A stretch of DNA of 64,000 nucleotides, taken from positions 5,484-69,483 of the forward strand of contig CAZYDR010000002.1 of NCBI GenBank assembly GCA_964645285.1. Reading direction: 5' to 3'. How positions within the stretch are numbered: position 1 is the first letter of the stretch; the number at the start of each line of letters is the position of its first letter. The position numbers and the translations under genes were made by a program. This stretch comes from an uncultured Alphaproteobacteria bacterium (GTDB lineage Bacteria > Pseudomonadota > Alphaproteobacteria > JAAXGF01). The notes beneath the pieces are model-generated. The model had not been told where the DNA came from. It made no database searches and saw only the letters and a program-made list of their open reading frames with translations. Of this stretch, positions 51,801 through 61,201 are shown piece by piece.

Positions 51801-52792
51801 TACCGCCAACTCCGCCGGTAGGCGCCGCTGGTGCCGCTCTGGCCTTCGCTGAGGTTGGCTAGGGCGTCGGGCGGCGGCGGCTCGCCGTGGCTGAAGGCGT
51901 CGACCGCGGCGCGGAAGGCGCTGACCACTTGAGCGACATAGGCGCGGCCGCGCTGGCGGCCTTCGATCTTGAGGGCCGTGATCCCGGCGGCGGCCAGCTC
52001 GGGCAGCAGGCCCATGACGTTGAGGCTGGTTGGTTCCTCAAACAGGTAGTCGGCATCGCCGTCGGCCCTGAAGCGGCCCTTGCACAGGGTGGGATATCCC
52101 GCCGCCTCGTCGGGCTCGAACAGATTGACCGTAAAATCGCCGAGCCGCGAGACCAGGATGTCGCCGCGCTCTTCATAGCGCACATGGCTGGCCGGTGAGC
52201 AGACGCCGCAAATGTTGGGCGACTGGCCGGTGATGTAGGACGACAGGCTACAGCGCCCCTCGGCCATGACGCAAAGGCCGCCGAAGGCGAAGACCTCGGT
52301 TTCCACCGGTATGCGCTGATTGAGATCGGCGATCTTGGTGATATTCAGCACCCGGGGCAACACCACCCGCTTGACCCCGAAGGCTCGGTGGTAGAAGGCT
52401 ATGGCCTCGGCATTGGCCGCCGATGCCTGGACCGAAAGATGCAGGCGAAGCTCGGGATGGCGGCGCCGAGTGTAGTCGAGCAGCCCGATGTCGGCGACGA
52501 TGACGGCATCCGCACCAAGGCTGGCGGCGTCGTCGATAGCGCGGGTCCAGGGCTCCGGATTGCCCGCTTCCGGATAGGTGTTGACCGCCAGATAGACATG
52601 GCGGCCGGCGTCGTGGGCATAGGCGATGCCGTCGGCGAATTCGGCCCGGTCGAAGTTGAGGCCGGGAAAATTGCGTGCGTTGGTCTCGTCGCGAAAGCCC
52701 GCGTAGACTGTGTCGGCGCCGGCATCGATGGCGGCGCGGAGCGCGGCGGGCGTTCCCGCCGGGCAGACCAGTTCGAGAAGCGGCTCAGTCAT
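51800..52792 (-). CDS. ubiU: U32-family protein UbiU
   Basis: LELVCPAG... U32 peptidase fold with Cys ligands (CGVCS...C). Confidence 0.65.
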   Translation of the reverse strand: MTEPLLELVCPAGTPAALRAAIDAGADTVYAGFRDETNARNFPGLNFDRAEFADGIAYAHDAGRHVYLAVNTYPEAGNPEPWTRAIDDAASLGADAVIVADIGLLDYTRRRHPELRLHLSVQASAANAEAIAFYHRAFGVKRVVLPRVLNITKIADLNQRIPVETEVFAFGGLCVMAEGRCSLSSYITGQSPNICGVCSPASHVRYEERGDILVSRLGDFTVNLFEPDEAAGYPTLCKGRFRADGDADYLFEEPTSLNVMGLLPELAAAGITALKIEGRQRGRAYVAQVVSAFRAAVDAFSHGEPPPPDALANLSEGQSGTSGAYRRSWR

Positions 52793-53486
52793 ATTGATTC
52801 ACCGCTTTGCGGGTCATTGGCGGCGCTACACGCTTGGCGCGGCGAAAGCGGCTTTCCAGTTCGCTGACCCGCGTCTCAAGACGTTTGATGGTCGCCGCCT
52901 GGCCGCTGGCTCGGCGGTCCAGAGGGCCGACCATGGCGCCGTGCAGGACGTCAAGATCACCGGCCAGTTGCCCAAAAAAACGTCGTATCCCGCCGGCCAG
53001 GGCGGTTGCCGGCCGGGCCAGGGGACCGAACGTGGCGGCCAGGTCGGCGGTGATATCGACACCGGCGCCGTCGAGCGCGTTGCGCAGCACCAGAACCGCT
53101 TCGGTATCGCCCTCGATGGTCAACGCGCGGGAGAAAAACATGGCGTCCCCGTCGATGCGGCCTTCGAGCAGGTCGGTCAGCACCAGCAGCGGTCCGCACA
53201 CGGTCGCCACCGCCAGGGCCCGGTCGTCATCCTCGGCCACGCGCAAATCATGACCGTTGTCGCTGAAGGCCATGGCCAGGGCAAAGGGTAGGTCGACCGG
53301 CTCAATGATGATGGTCGCGCCATGGAGCACGGCGAGGCGATTGAAGGCTTCCGGGTGGCGTCGCTCCATGGCCCGCCAGCCGGCGCGCAACAATGGCGCC
53401 AGGGGCGCCGTGGGCAACGGGCGCATGAGAACCCCGGCCAACAGAACCGGTGAGAACGGGGGCGTGGGACGAGGCGAGCCGGACAT
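52785..53486 (-). CDS. ubiT: SCP2-domain ubiquinone biosynthesis accessory factor UbiT
   Basis: SCP2-like ~200 aa protein upstream of ubiU-ubiV. Start uncertain. Confidence 0.55.
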   Translation of the reverse strand: MSGSPRPTPPFSPVLLAGVLMRPLPTAPLAPLLRAGWRAMERRHPEAFNRLAVLHGATIIIEPVDLPFALAMAFSDNGHDLRVAEDDDRALAVATVCGPLLVLTDLLEGRIDGDAMFFSRALTIEGDTEAVLVLRNALDGAGVDITADLAATFGPLARPATALAGGIRRFFGQLAGDLDVLHGAMVGPLDRRASGQAATIKRLETRVSELESRFRRAKRVAPPMTRKAVNQYD

Positions 53487-53567
53487 AACCGTCTGGAACC
53501 GAATCAATTACCTGATCAGGTCAAAAGCCTAGACCCTGGCCGTAGGTTCGACCTTGATTTCGATCAA

Positions 53568-54656
53568 TTAGACAAGAAGTCCGGCGAAGCCCGCGATCTG
53601 AAAGGCGGCGAATACGGCGCTGGCCACGAATCCGGCCACGGGCATCCAGAACGGAAAGGTGAACCCGCCCTCCACCGGGGGCAATCGGCGTTTGATAAGT
53701 ACCAGGACCAGATTTATCATGACGAATACTACCGGGGTCACCAGCGAGGTGAGCTGCGCCAGGGTCAGCAGGGGCAGCCACAGGGCGAAGCCCAGTACGA
53801 TGGCCATCAGTGGCGTGCGGGTACGGGCGTTGACGGTGGCCAGGCGGCTTGGCAGCAGACCCATGTTGGCGAGGCTGTAGAACACCCGCGCCGCCATGAC
53901 GATCTGGATCAGGGCGCCGTTGAGCACGGCGACCAGAACAGTGGTGCGCTCGAAGATCAACACCACGGGGGCGCCGCTGGCCGCCAGGTCCGCCGGCGGC
54001 ACGGTCAACACGGTGACCAATGCGGTGACGACGTAGAGGGTGGTGGCGGAAATCAGCACGGTGATAATGGCGCGCGGCATGACCCGGGGCGCGTCTTTGA
54101 CCTCCTCGGCCACGTTGACCATGTCCTCGAAACCGATGAAGGCGAAGAAGGCGAGCACCGCGCTGGCGAAAATGCCCGACCACACCGCGCCGTTGGTCGG
54201 TGGGATCAGTTCGGGCAGACGCGCCGGCAAGGTGGCGAGTGAATCGCCCGCCGCGACGATGACCACCACCAGGGTGCCGGCCTCGACGATTGTCACCAGG
54301 GCCGCGATGGTCACTGACCCGACAATTCCCCAGACCGCGATGACGCCAAGGCCAAGCACCACCGCCACCACTACCAGCCCGACGGTAACCGACAGGGGGC
54401 GCCACCCGAAACCCTCCTGGACATAGACCGCCTCGCCGGCGCTCTTGGGAAAATGCGAGGCCAGCTCGGCGAAGGAAAAGGCGGTGAGGCCGGCGAGCAG
54501 AGACGCAATCAGGAACGCCGCCGGGGCGAACATATCGGCGCTGCCCGCGACCTCGCCGATGAGCACGAATATCCCGGCGCCGATGACCGTGCCAAGGCCA
54601 TAGAGCGTAATCAGCGGCAGCCCCAGGCTGTGTTTAAGGGTCGGGCTTTCGTCCAT
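53568..54656 (-). CDS. APC-family amino acid permease
   Basis: 12-TM APC fold. N-terminal GLGTVIGAGIFVL motif. Confidence 0.7.
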   Translation of the reverse strand: MDESPTLKHSLGLPLITLYGLGTVIGAGIFVLIGEVAGSADMFAPAAFLIASLLAGLTAFSFAELASHFPKSAGEAVYVQEGFGWRPLSVTVGLVVVAVVLGLGVIAVWGIVGSVTIAALVTIVEAGTLVVVIVAAGDSLATLPARLPELIPPTNGAVWSGIFASAVLAFFAFIGFEDMVNVAEEVKDAPRVMPRAIITVLISATTLYVVTALVTVLTVPPADLAASGAPVVLIFERTTVLVAVLNGALIQIVMAARVFYSLANMGLLPSRLATVNARTRTPLMAIVLGFALWLPLLTLAQLTSLVTPVVFVMINLVLVLIKRRLPPVEGGFTFPFWMPVAGFVASAVFAAFQIAGFAGLLV

Positions 54657-54674
54657 GCCCCCAGATTAGACGGG

Positions 54675-56257
54675 TTAGTCGTCGAGGGCGGCGAATTCCA
54701 TGGCCTGGTGGGCGGTGCGCCGCACGTGCTTGAGCGTCAGCGGCGAGTTGACCAGACGGTTGAGGGAGACCAGCACCGTGTCGGCGCCCTCGCCGGCGGC
54801 GCCGGAGCTGATTTCCTCGCGGGTCGCTAGGAGGGTCTTTACGTAATGCACCGAGACGATGTACTCGTCGCGGCCGTGGTCAAACAGACCCTCGACGCCG
54901 GCGTCGAAGAAATCGTCGGCGTCGTCGACCCGCCACTGGCTGTCATCCAGGGCGGCGTCCGTATAGGCGTCGTTGCGGCCGCTGAAGCAGGCCAGTTGCA
55001 GCAACGCATAGGGCACAGTTCAGGATACTTGGCGCAGGTTTTGCGCGCCGCGTTGGCGAAGGCGATGGTGTGGGTGAAGTCGAGCCAGCCGACGTTGTCG
55101 CGGATATTCAGGTCGGTCTGCTTCTGGTAGGCCATGTCGTAGTGCAGCATGTTGTCGGCGTTGGCCGCCAGCAGGGCGCGATAGAGGGCCTCCGGGTCAC
55201 TCTTGCCGTGGCGCGCCGCCAGCTTCATGGCGTTCTTGGCGTTGAGGCCCTTGAACTCGCTGGCCTCCGGCGCCGTGCCGTTGCGCCCCTTGCCCCAGGA
55301 GGCGAGGGCCTCGGCATAGTGGCGGAATTCGGGAATCTGGTCTTCGCGCGAGCTGAACAGCGTATGGCGCGCCAGGGACAACAGCACCGGCTCGGCTACC
55401 CGGTCGCCGAAGCGTTCGATCAGGCGGCCCGCCTTGGTTACATAGATCATGCAATGGCCGAAGGCGGCGTAATGGGCCAGGGCGGCGCGGGACAGGCCGC
55501 GCTCGAAATCAGGGAAGCTCAGGCCGGCGGCCAGGCCGCCGCGCAGCATGGCCATGACGGTATCTTCGTCCTCGTCCTCCATGGCCGATACGAAGCCGTT
55601 CTCGTCATAGTTCCGGACGCCCTCGCCGTAGGGATAGTTTTCCTCGCGCAGGGTGTCGTCGGCGATATGGCCGACGATTTCCAGCAGGCAGATCAACTGG
55701 GTTTCCGGGTCATTGGCGTGTTCGTCGTAAAGTGTCAGCCAGTCGGCGGCGCCGGCATAGGCGTGGGTCCAGCCGAACTCGAAGCGCTCATAGGACCACA
55801 GGATGGCCTCGGCGACCGCATCGGAGGGGTCGCCGCCGAGCAGACGCAGACGGGCAATTTCGCGGGCGATGCGGTCGTATTCGTGGTCGTCGAAGGCCTC
55901 GCGCAGATTGGCCATGATCTTGGCGCGCCGGGCCTCGAAGGGTGGGTCGGTGATATCGACCCAAACGTCGCTGCCGCGCAGCTCCACCGGATAGACGCAC
56001 AAGCCGTCGCCGCCGTACTGATTGGCGCCGGTCTTGAGGTCGAATTTCCAGTTGTGCCAGTTGCAGGTCAGGATGCAGCTGCCGTCCAGGGTGCCTTCGC
56101 GCAGGGGATAGCCCTCGTGGGGGCAACGGTTGTTGCAGGCGAAGATGCCCTCGGGCGTCTCGAACAGGGCGAGTTACTTGCCGCCTCGGCGCACCACCGC
56201 CGAGCCCTTGGCGGTCAGTTGTTCATGGGAAATGGTTTTGGTCCAGCCCGTGGTCAT
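54675..56257 (-). pseudogene. Rieske [2Fe-2S] domain protein with a large C-terminal domain, carrying an in-frame TAA (56164-56166) and a frameshift near 55000-55020
   Basis: MTTGWTKT...RRGGK*LALFETPEG...CNNRCPHEGYPL...CNWHNWKF (CxH/CxxH Rieske). The C-terminal 110 aa continue in ORF 54675..55016 in another frame. Confidence 0.5.
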
Positions 56258-56424
56258 AGCGCCTCGCTCCCGATAGATGGTTCGGAACTTTATTTTCCGT
56301 ACCATACGCTCGTTATCGGTATATAACAAGTATTATCTTTGTTTATTAATTTAACCGGCCACGGGTTATTGCCCTTGTCGGGGCAAGCCGCCACTATGCG
56401 CGCCGTGTTTGGATTGGTGACAAG

Positions 56425-57681
56425 GTGATCAGGATGCAGACGAGAGACCTCGAAACAGTGGTGGAATACGGGCTGTGCCTGGGTTGCGGCCTGTGTGAAA
56501 GCATGGCCGGTAGCGAGCGGGTGACCATGACCATGTCGTCGTCAAGCCACCTGCGCCCCAAGGTTCTGGAAGCACTCGACCAACCCACGCTTGATCGCAT
56601 TCTCACGGCCTGCCCGGGCATCAATCTCCGTGGCCCCGATCCCGCGGTCGCCGGTCCCAAGGGTCATATGCACACCATCTGGGGCCCCTACGCCAGCCTG
56701 GCGCGGGGTTATTCCAGCGATCCGGCGATCCGTTTCAAGGCCGCAGCCGGCGGTATGCTAACGGCGCTTGGCCTCTATCTGGTGGAAACCGGCAAGGTCG
56801 ATTGTCTGGTCCATGTGCAGGCTTCCAAGGATGAGCCCATGCACACCAACGGGGCAATCAGCACCGAGCGTGATCAGATTATCGCCGGGGCCCAGTCGCG
56901 CTATGGGCCGGGGGCTCCGCTTACCGAAGTCATGCGCCTGCTCGACGAAGGCAAGCGCTTCGCCGTTGCCGGCAAACCTTGCGACGTGGCCGCCATGCGT
57001 AACCTGACGCGTATCGATCCCCGGGTCGACAAACAGGTGCCCTATATGTTGACCATCTTCTGTGGCGGCGTGGCGTCCCTCGAGTCGGCCCAGAAGGTCG
57101 CCGCCCACTTCGGCCAGGCGGAAGACGATCTGGACGTTTTCCGTTTTCGCGGCGAAGGCTGGCCCGGCATGACCCACATGCACACCAAGAAGGGCGAGAC
57201 CTTCGAGCTGACCTACGATCAGGCCTGGGACAGTGATCTTCCCTGGAAATATGACGTGCCGTTCCGCTGCAAGATCTGTCCCGACGCCATCGGCGAGCAG
57301 GCCGACGTCTCCTGCCCTGACTGCTGGATCATGGTCGACGGCAAGTCGAGCCATGAGGAAGGTGAGGGCTGGAACGTCATCGTTGCCCGCACCGCCAAGG
57401 GAGCCGCCCTGGTCGACGACGCGGTCGAGGCTGGCTACGTGTCGCGTGAGCCCTACGCGGTCGAGGAGTTCGACGCCCAGCATCCCGAGCACGCCTGGCG
57501 CAAGCGCGCCGCCCTGGCTCGCGGCCTGGGTATAGCGCTCAAAGGCCAACCCCGGCCAACTTACGAGAACTTCCGCCTGCTGCGTTGCGCCATCGACGGC
57601 GGCCTGAGTTGGAGCTGGCGCAACTTCACGGGAATGCTGCGCCGGGTGCGTGAAGGCCGTAACCGCGAGCCCTCTGTTTAG
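56425..57681 (+). CDS. Coenzyme F420 hydrogenase/dehydrogenase beta-subunit (FrhB/FpoF) family iron-sulfur flavoprotein
   Basis: N-terminal CLGCGLC and C-terminal CKICPDA...CPDC. Divergent from the Rieske pseudogene. Confidence 0.6.
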   Translation: MIRMQTRDLETVVEYGLCLGCGLCESMAGSERVTMTMSSSSHLRPKVLEALDQPTLDRILTACPGINLRGPDPAVAGPKGHMHTIWGPYASLARGYSSDPAIRFKAAAGGMLTALGLYLVETGKVDCLVHVQASKDEPMHTNGAISTERDQIIAGAQSRYGPGAPLTEVMRLLDEGKRFAVAGKPCDVAAMRNLTRIDPRVDKQVPYMLTIFCGGVASLESAQKVAAHFGQAEDDLDVFRFRGEGWPGMTHMHTKKGETFELTYDQAWDSDLPWKYDVPFRCKICPDAIGEQADVSCPDCWIMVDGKSSHEEGEGWNVIVARTAKGAALVDDAVEAGYVSREPYAVEEFDAQHPEHAWRKRAALARGLGIALKGQPRPTYENFRLLRCAIDGGLSWSWRNFTGMLRRVREGRNREPSV

Positions 57682-57691
57682 TGCCACTCTT

Positions 57692-59027
57692 ATGACCCAG
57701 CGGAAATACTGGAGCGAAGAAATCGAGACCATGGTGCCGGCCGCCCTGGGTCGGCTCGAGGTCGGCCTGTTGGTCGAGCAGATGGCCAATCTCCACCATG
57801 CCAGCCTCTATTTCCGCGCCAAGTTTGACGACGCCGGCATCGGTCCGGGCGACATCCGCGACCAGCGCGACCTCGCCCGCCTGCCGTTCACCTAGAAATT
57901 CGAGTCCGCCGCCGCCCAGGCCGCCGGCTCGCTGATTGGGCCGCATCAATGCGCGCCGTTTGAGGACATCGTGCGCATTGTCGGTACCGGCGGCACCACC
58001 GGCCAGTCCCTGCGCATGGGCATGACCGCCAGCGATGTCGCTGACTACAACGAGATGGGTAGCCCGCGCCCTGTGGACCGCGGGCTGCCGGCCCGGCGAT
58101 CTGGTGGTCAGTTGCCTCAATTACAGTCTCTACGCCGGCGGTGTTTCCTATCACATGACCTTCGAGACCATGGGGGCGGCAATCCTGCCTTGCGGCATCG
58201 GCAACTCCAAGCGCCTGCTCGCCATGCTCGCCGACATGGACGCGAACCTGGCCCTCTACGCAACACCGTCCTACGCCATCCGCCTTGCCGAACTGGCCGC
58301 CGAGGAAGGCATCGACCCGTCGTCGCTGGGTCTCGCCAAGGGCTTCTTCTCCGGCGAGGCGGGCATGCAGGTGGCGGGCTGCCGGGCGCGCATCGAACAG
58401 CTTTGGGGGCTGACCGCCCGTGACATCTACGGCACCTCCGAGGGCGGTGTGCAAAGCGCCGAATGCGAGTCCCACCGGGGCCTCCATTACACCAGCGGCG
58501 GCCTTATGGCGGTCGAGCTGATCGAGCTGGAAAGCGGCGATCCTCTCGACATCACCGATGGCGTGGTCGGCGAGATGGTCTACACCTCGCTTCTGCGCCG
58601 GGCCTGCCCGCTGCTGCGTATGCGCTCCCACGATCTGGTGCGGCTCTATACGGACCCCTGCGCCTGAGGCCGCACCGGCTTTCGCCTCGAGACCCCGGGG
58701 CGCAGCGACGACATGTTCATCGTCAAGGGGGTCAACATCTTTCCTCTCAGGGTTCAGGCGGTGCTGACCGGGCTGCAACCGCGGCTTACCGGCGAGTTCG
58801 AAATCATCCTCGATCGGTCGCCGCCCATCGACTTTGAACCACGCCTGCGCGTCGAGGTGGCACGGGATGTAGACCCGGCGCAATATCCGGCTCTCGGCGC
58901 CGAAGTCGCGAACGCCGTGAGGACCACCCTGGGCTTCTCCCCGGCGGTGGAATTCACCGGTCAGGGCGATATCGCCTCGGCCCATAAGACCGGGCGGGTG
59001 TTGCGCCCCTATCGCGACGACAGCTAG
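57692..59027 (+). pseudogene. Phenylacetate-CoA ligase (PaaK/F390 synthetase) family, disrupted by in-frame TAG (57893-57895), a frameshift (~57900-58100) and in-frame TGA (58665-58667)
   Basis: MTQRKYWSEEIETM...DLARLPFT*K...VRIVGTGGTTGQ / ...RLYTDPCA*GRTGFRLETPGRSDDMFIVKGVNIFP all follow the PaaK order. Confidence 0.6.
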
Positions 59028-59342
59028 GCCGGCGGGGTTTCGAACTCCCGCCGCGATCCTCAAATTTTTGCTGAATGCCATATTGATAGGCGCGGTCCTG
59101 CCCTTCGTCTTCGCTAGAAAAATGTGTCTAACCAATTGTTTTGGCATCGAAAACAACATTTCGATCAAAGCTCTCACCAGGCTATCGCCTCATCGCGACG
59201 ATCTGGTAATGCCGAACGCATAGCGAGGAGCGCATGGTCGCCAAATCATCATAATCGGTCTCAACAATGCCGACGCGCCTGCCCCGTATCCCCCGTACGA
59301 ATTTCAGGCGCCTTACTGCTTCCCAATTCCCCCAACTTGGGG

Positions 59343-59372
59343 CCGGCGTAGCCGGCCCTTCTTTTTTTGTCT
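59343..59372 (+). terminator. Intrinsic terminator-like hairpin GGCCGGCgtaGCCGGCC followed by a U-run
   Basis: Seen directly: gggccggcgtagccggcccttctttttttgtc. Confidence 0.4.
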
Positions 59373-59554
59373 TGGCCCCGGCCGTGCTTCTGGCATTGTT
59401 ACACCAGTGGTCACTAAGACCACTGGTAAGCGCGACTGCGCGTCGCCGACCGTTCGGCGGGGGCCTGCGTGGCGTTTGAACGCCCATCGGTCGTTCTTAA
59501 CGACCGATGGTATGAGTTGATCGGCTGGTCGTGAACAGGAATCAGGAGGAAGCC

Positions 59555-61192
59555 ATGAAGGGCGTCGATGTCATTGCCAAGGTTCTCAAGTTCGAGGGGG
59601 TCGAGTATCTGACCTGTTTCCCCCACAGCGAAATTATTGATTCCTGCGCCGCTGTCGGGATCCGCCCGGTTCTGGCGCGCCAGGAGCGTACGGCGCTCCA
59701 TATCGCCGACGGCTACAGCCGCATGAACGACGGCCGCAAGATCGGCGTTACCACGGTGCAGTACGGACCCGGTTCGGAAAACGCCTTCGGCGCCGTCGCC
59801 CAAACTCAGGCCGACGCCAGCCCGGTGCTCTACCTGCCCACGGGTTACCCGCGTGACGAGCGCAGCGTGGTGCCCAACTTCGACGCCAGCCTCAACCTCA
59901 AACACGTCACCAAGTCGGCCGAGACCGCCATGTCCACGGGCCGCATCCCGCAGATGATGCAGAACGCCTTTGCCCAGCTGCGCAACGGCAAACCCGGCGT
60001 GGTCATGATGGAGACGCCCAAGGATGTCCTCAGTGAGGATTTGGCCGATGGCGACTACAATTACGCATCGCCGCGCCGTTCGGCGGCCCAGCCCGACCCG
60101 CAAGACATGGCCGAGCTGCTCGACAGCCTATTGGCCGCCAAGGCGCCGGTCATCGTCGCCGGCCAGGGAGTGTTCTACGCCCAGGCCTGTGATGAGTTGA
60201 AGCAACTGGCCGAGCTGTTGCAGGTACCGGTGATGACGACGCTTAACGCCAAGAGCGCGTTCCCCGAAAACCACGCCCTGGCGCTCGGCACCGGCGCCCT
60301 TTCGCGCCCGGCCACGGTTACTCACTTCCTGGATAAGGCCGATCTGGTGCTGGGTATCGGCACCAGCTTCACCAGGTCCGACTACGTCACCGCCATTCCC
60401 CATGGCAAGACCATGGCCCAGATCACCAATTGCGAGGCCGATATCGGCAAGGACTATCCGGTGTCCTTCGGCGCCGTGGGCGATGCCAAGGTGGCGTTGA
60501 GCCAGCTTATCAAGGGGGCCAGGGATCGCCTCGGCGACGACGGCCGTAGCGGCGACCATGCGGTGCCCAGGGAGGTCAAGGCCGTGCGCGATGAATTTAT
60601 GGCGAAGTGGATGCCGCGCCTCACGGCCACGGACGAACCGATCAGCCCCTACCGGGTTATCTGGGATCTCATGAGCGTGGTCGACCGAACCAAAACCGTA
60701 GTCACTCACGACGCCGGCAACCCGCGCGACCAGACTACTCTGTTCTACGAGGCCATCGTGCCCCACGGTTATATGGGCTGGGGCAAGACCACCCAGCTTG
60801 GCGCCGGGCTCGGCCTCGCCATGGGCGCCAAGCTGGCGCGGCCCGACTGGCTGTCGGTCAACATCATGGGCGACGCCGCCTTCGGCATGACCGGCATGGA
60901 GGTCGAGACCGCCGTGCGTTGCGGCTTGCCGGTGCTGACCATCGTCTTCAAGAACAGCGTCATGGGCGGCTATACCGGGCACTTGCCGGTGGCCTCCGAC
61001 AAGTTCGATATTCATAAGCTGTCGGGCAACTACGCCAAGGTCGGCGAAGCCCTGGGCGCCTATGGCGAGACCGTCGAGAAGGTCGACGATATCAAGACCG
61101 CCCTGAGCCGTGGCGTCGACCACGTGGCCAAGGGTCAGACCGCGGTGATAGAAGTGATTACCGGCGAAGAGCCGAACTACCCGACAAGCTGA
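59555..61192 (+). CDS. Thiamine pyrophosphate-dependent enzyme (acetolactate synthase/sulfoacetaldehyde acetyltransferase-like)
   Basis: TPP_N, central and TPP_C domains with GDAAFGMTGMEVETA. Start at the second ATG, 6 nt after AGGAGG. Confidence 0.75.
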   Translation: MKGVDVIAKVLKFEGVEYLTCFPHSEIIDSCAAVGIRPVLARQERTALHIADGYSRMNDGRKIGVTTVQYGPGSENAFGAVAQTQADASPVLYLPTGYPRDERSVVPNFDASLNLKHVTKSAETAMSTGRIPQMMQNAFAQLRNGKPGVVMMETPKDVLSEDLADGDYNYASPRRSAAQPDPQDMAELLDSLLAAKAPVIVAGQGVFYAQACDELKQLAELLQVPVMTTLNAKSAFPENHALALGTGALSRPATVTHFLDKADLVLGIGTSFTRSDYVTAIPHGKTMAQITNCEADIGKDYPVSFGAVGDAKVALSQLIKGARDRLGDDGRSGDHAVPREVKAVRDEFMAKWMPRLTATDEPISPYRVIWDLMSVVDRTKTVVTHDAGNPRDQTTLFYEAIVPHGYMGWGKTTQLGAGLGLAMGAKLARPDWLSVNIMGDAAFGMTGMEVETAVRCGLPVLTIVFKNSVMGGYTGHLPVASDKFDIHKLSGNYAKVGEALGAYGETVEKVDDIKTALSRGVDHVAKGQTAVIEVITGEEPNYPTS

Positions 61193-61201
61193 GCAGGACC
61201 C

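Noticed and set aside
56004-56260. Separate small Rieske ferredoxin gene upstream of ORF 54839..56002
   Set aside because: It is in the same frame as the downstream ORF, separated only by an in-frame TAA. Treated as one disrupted gene.
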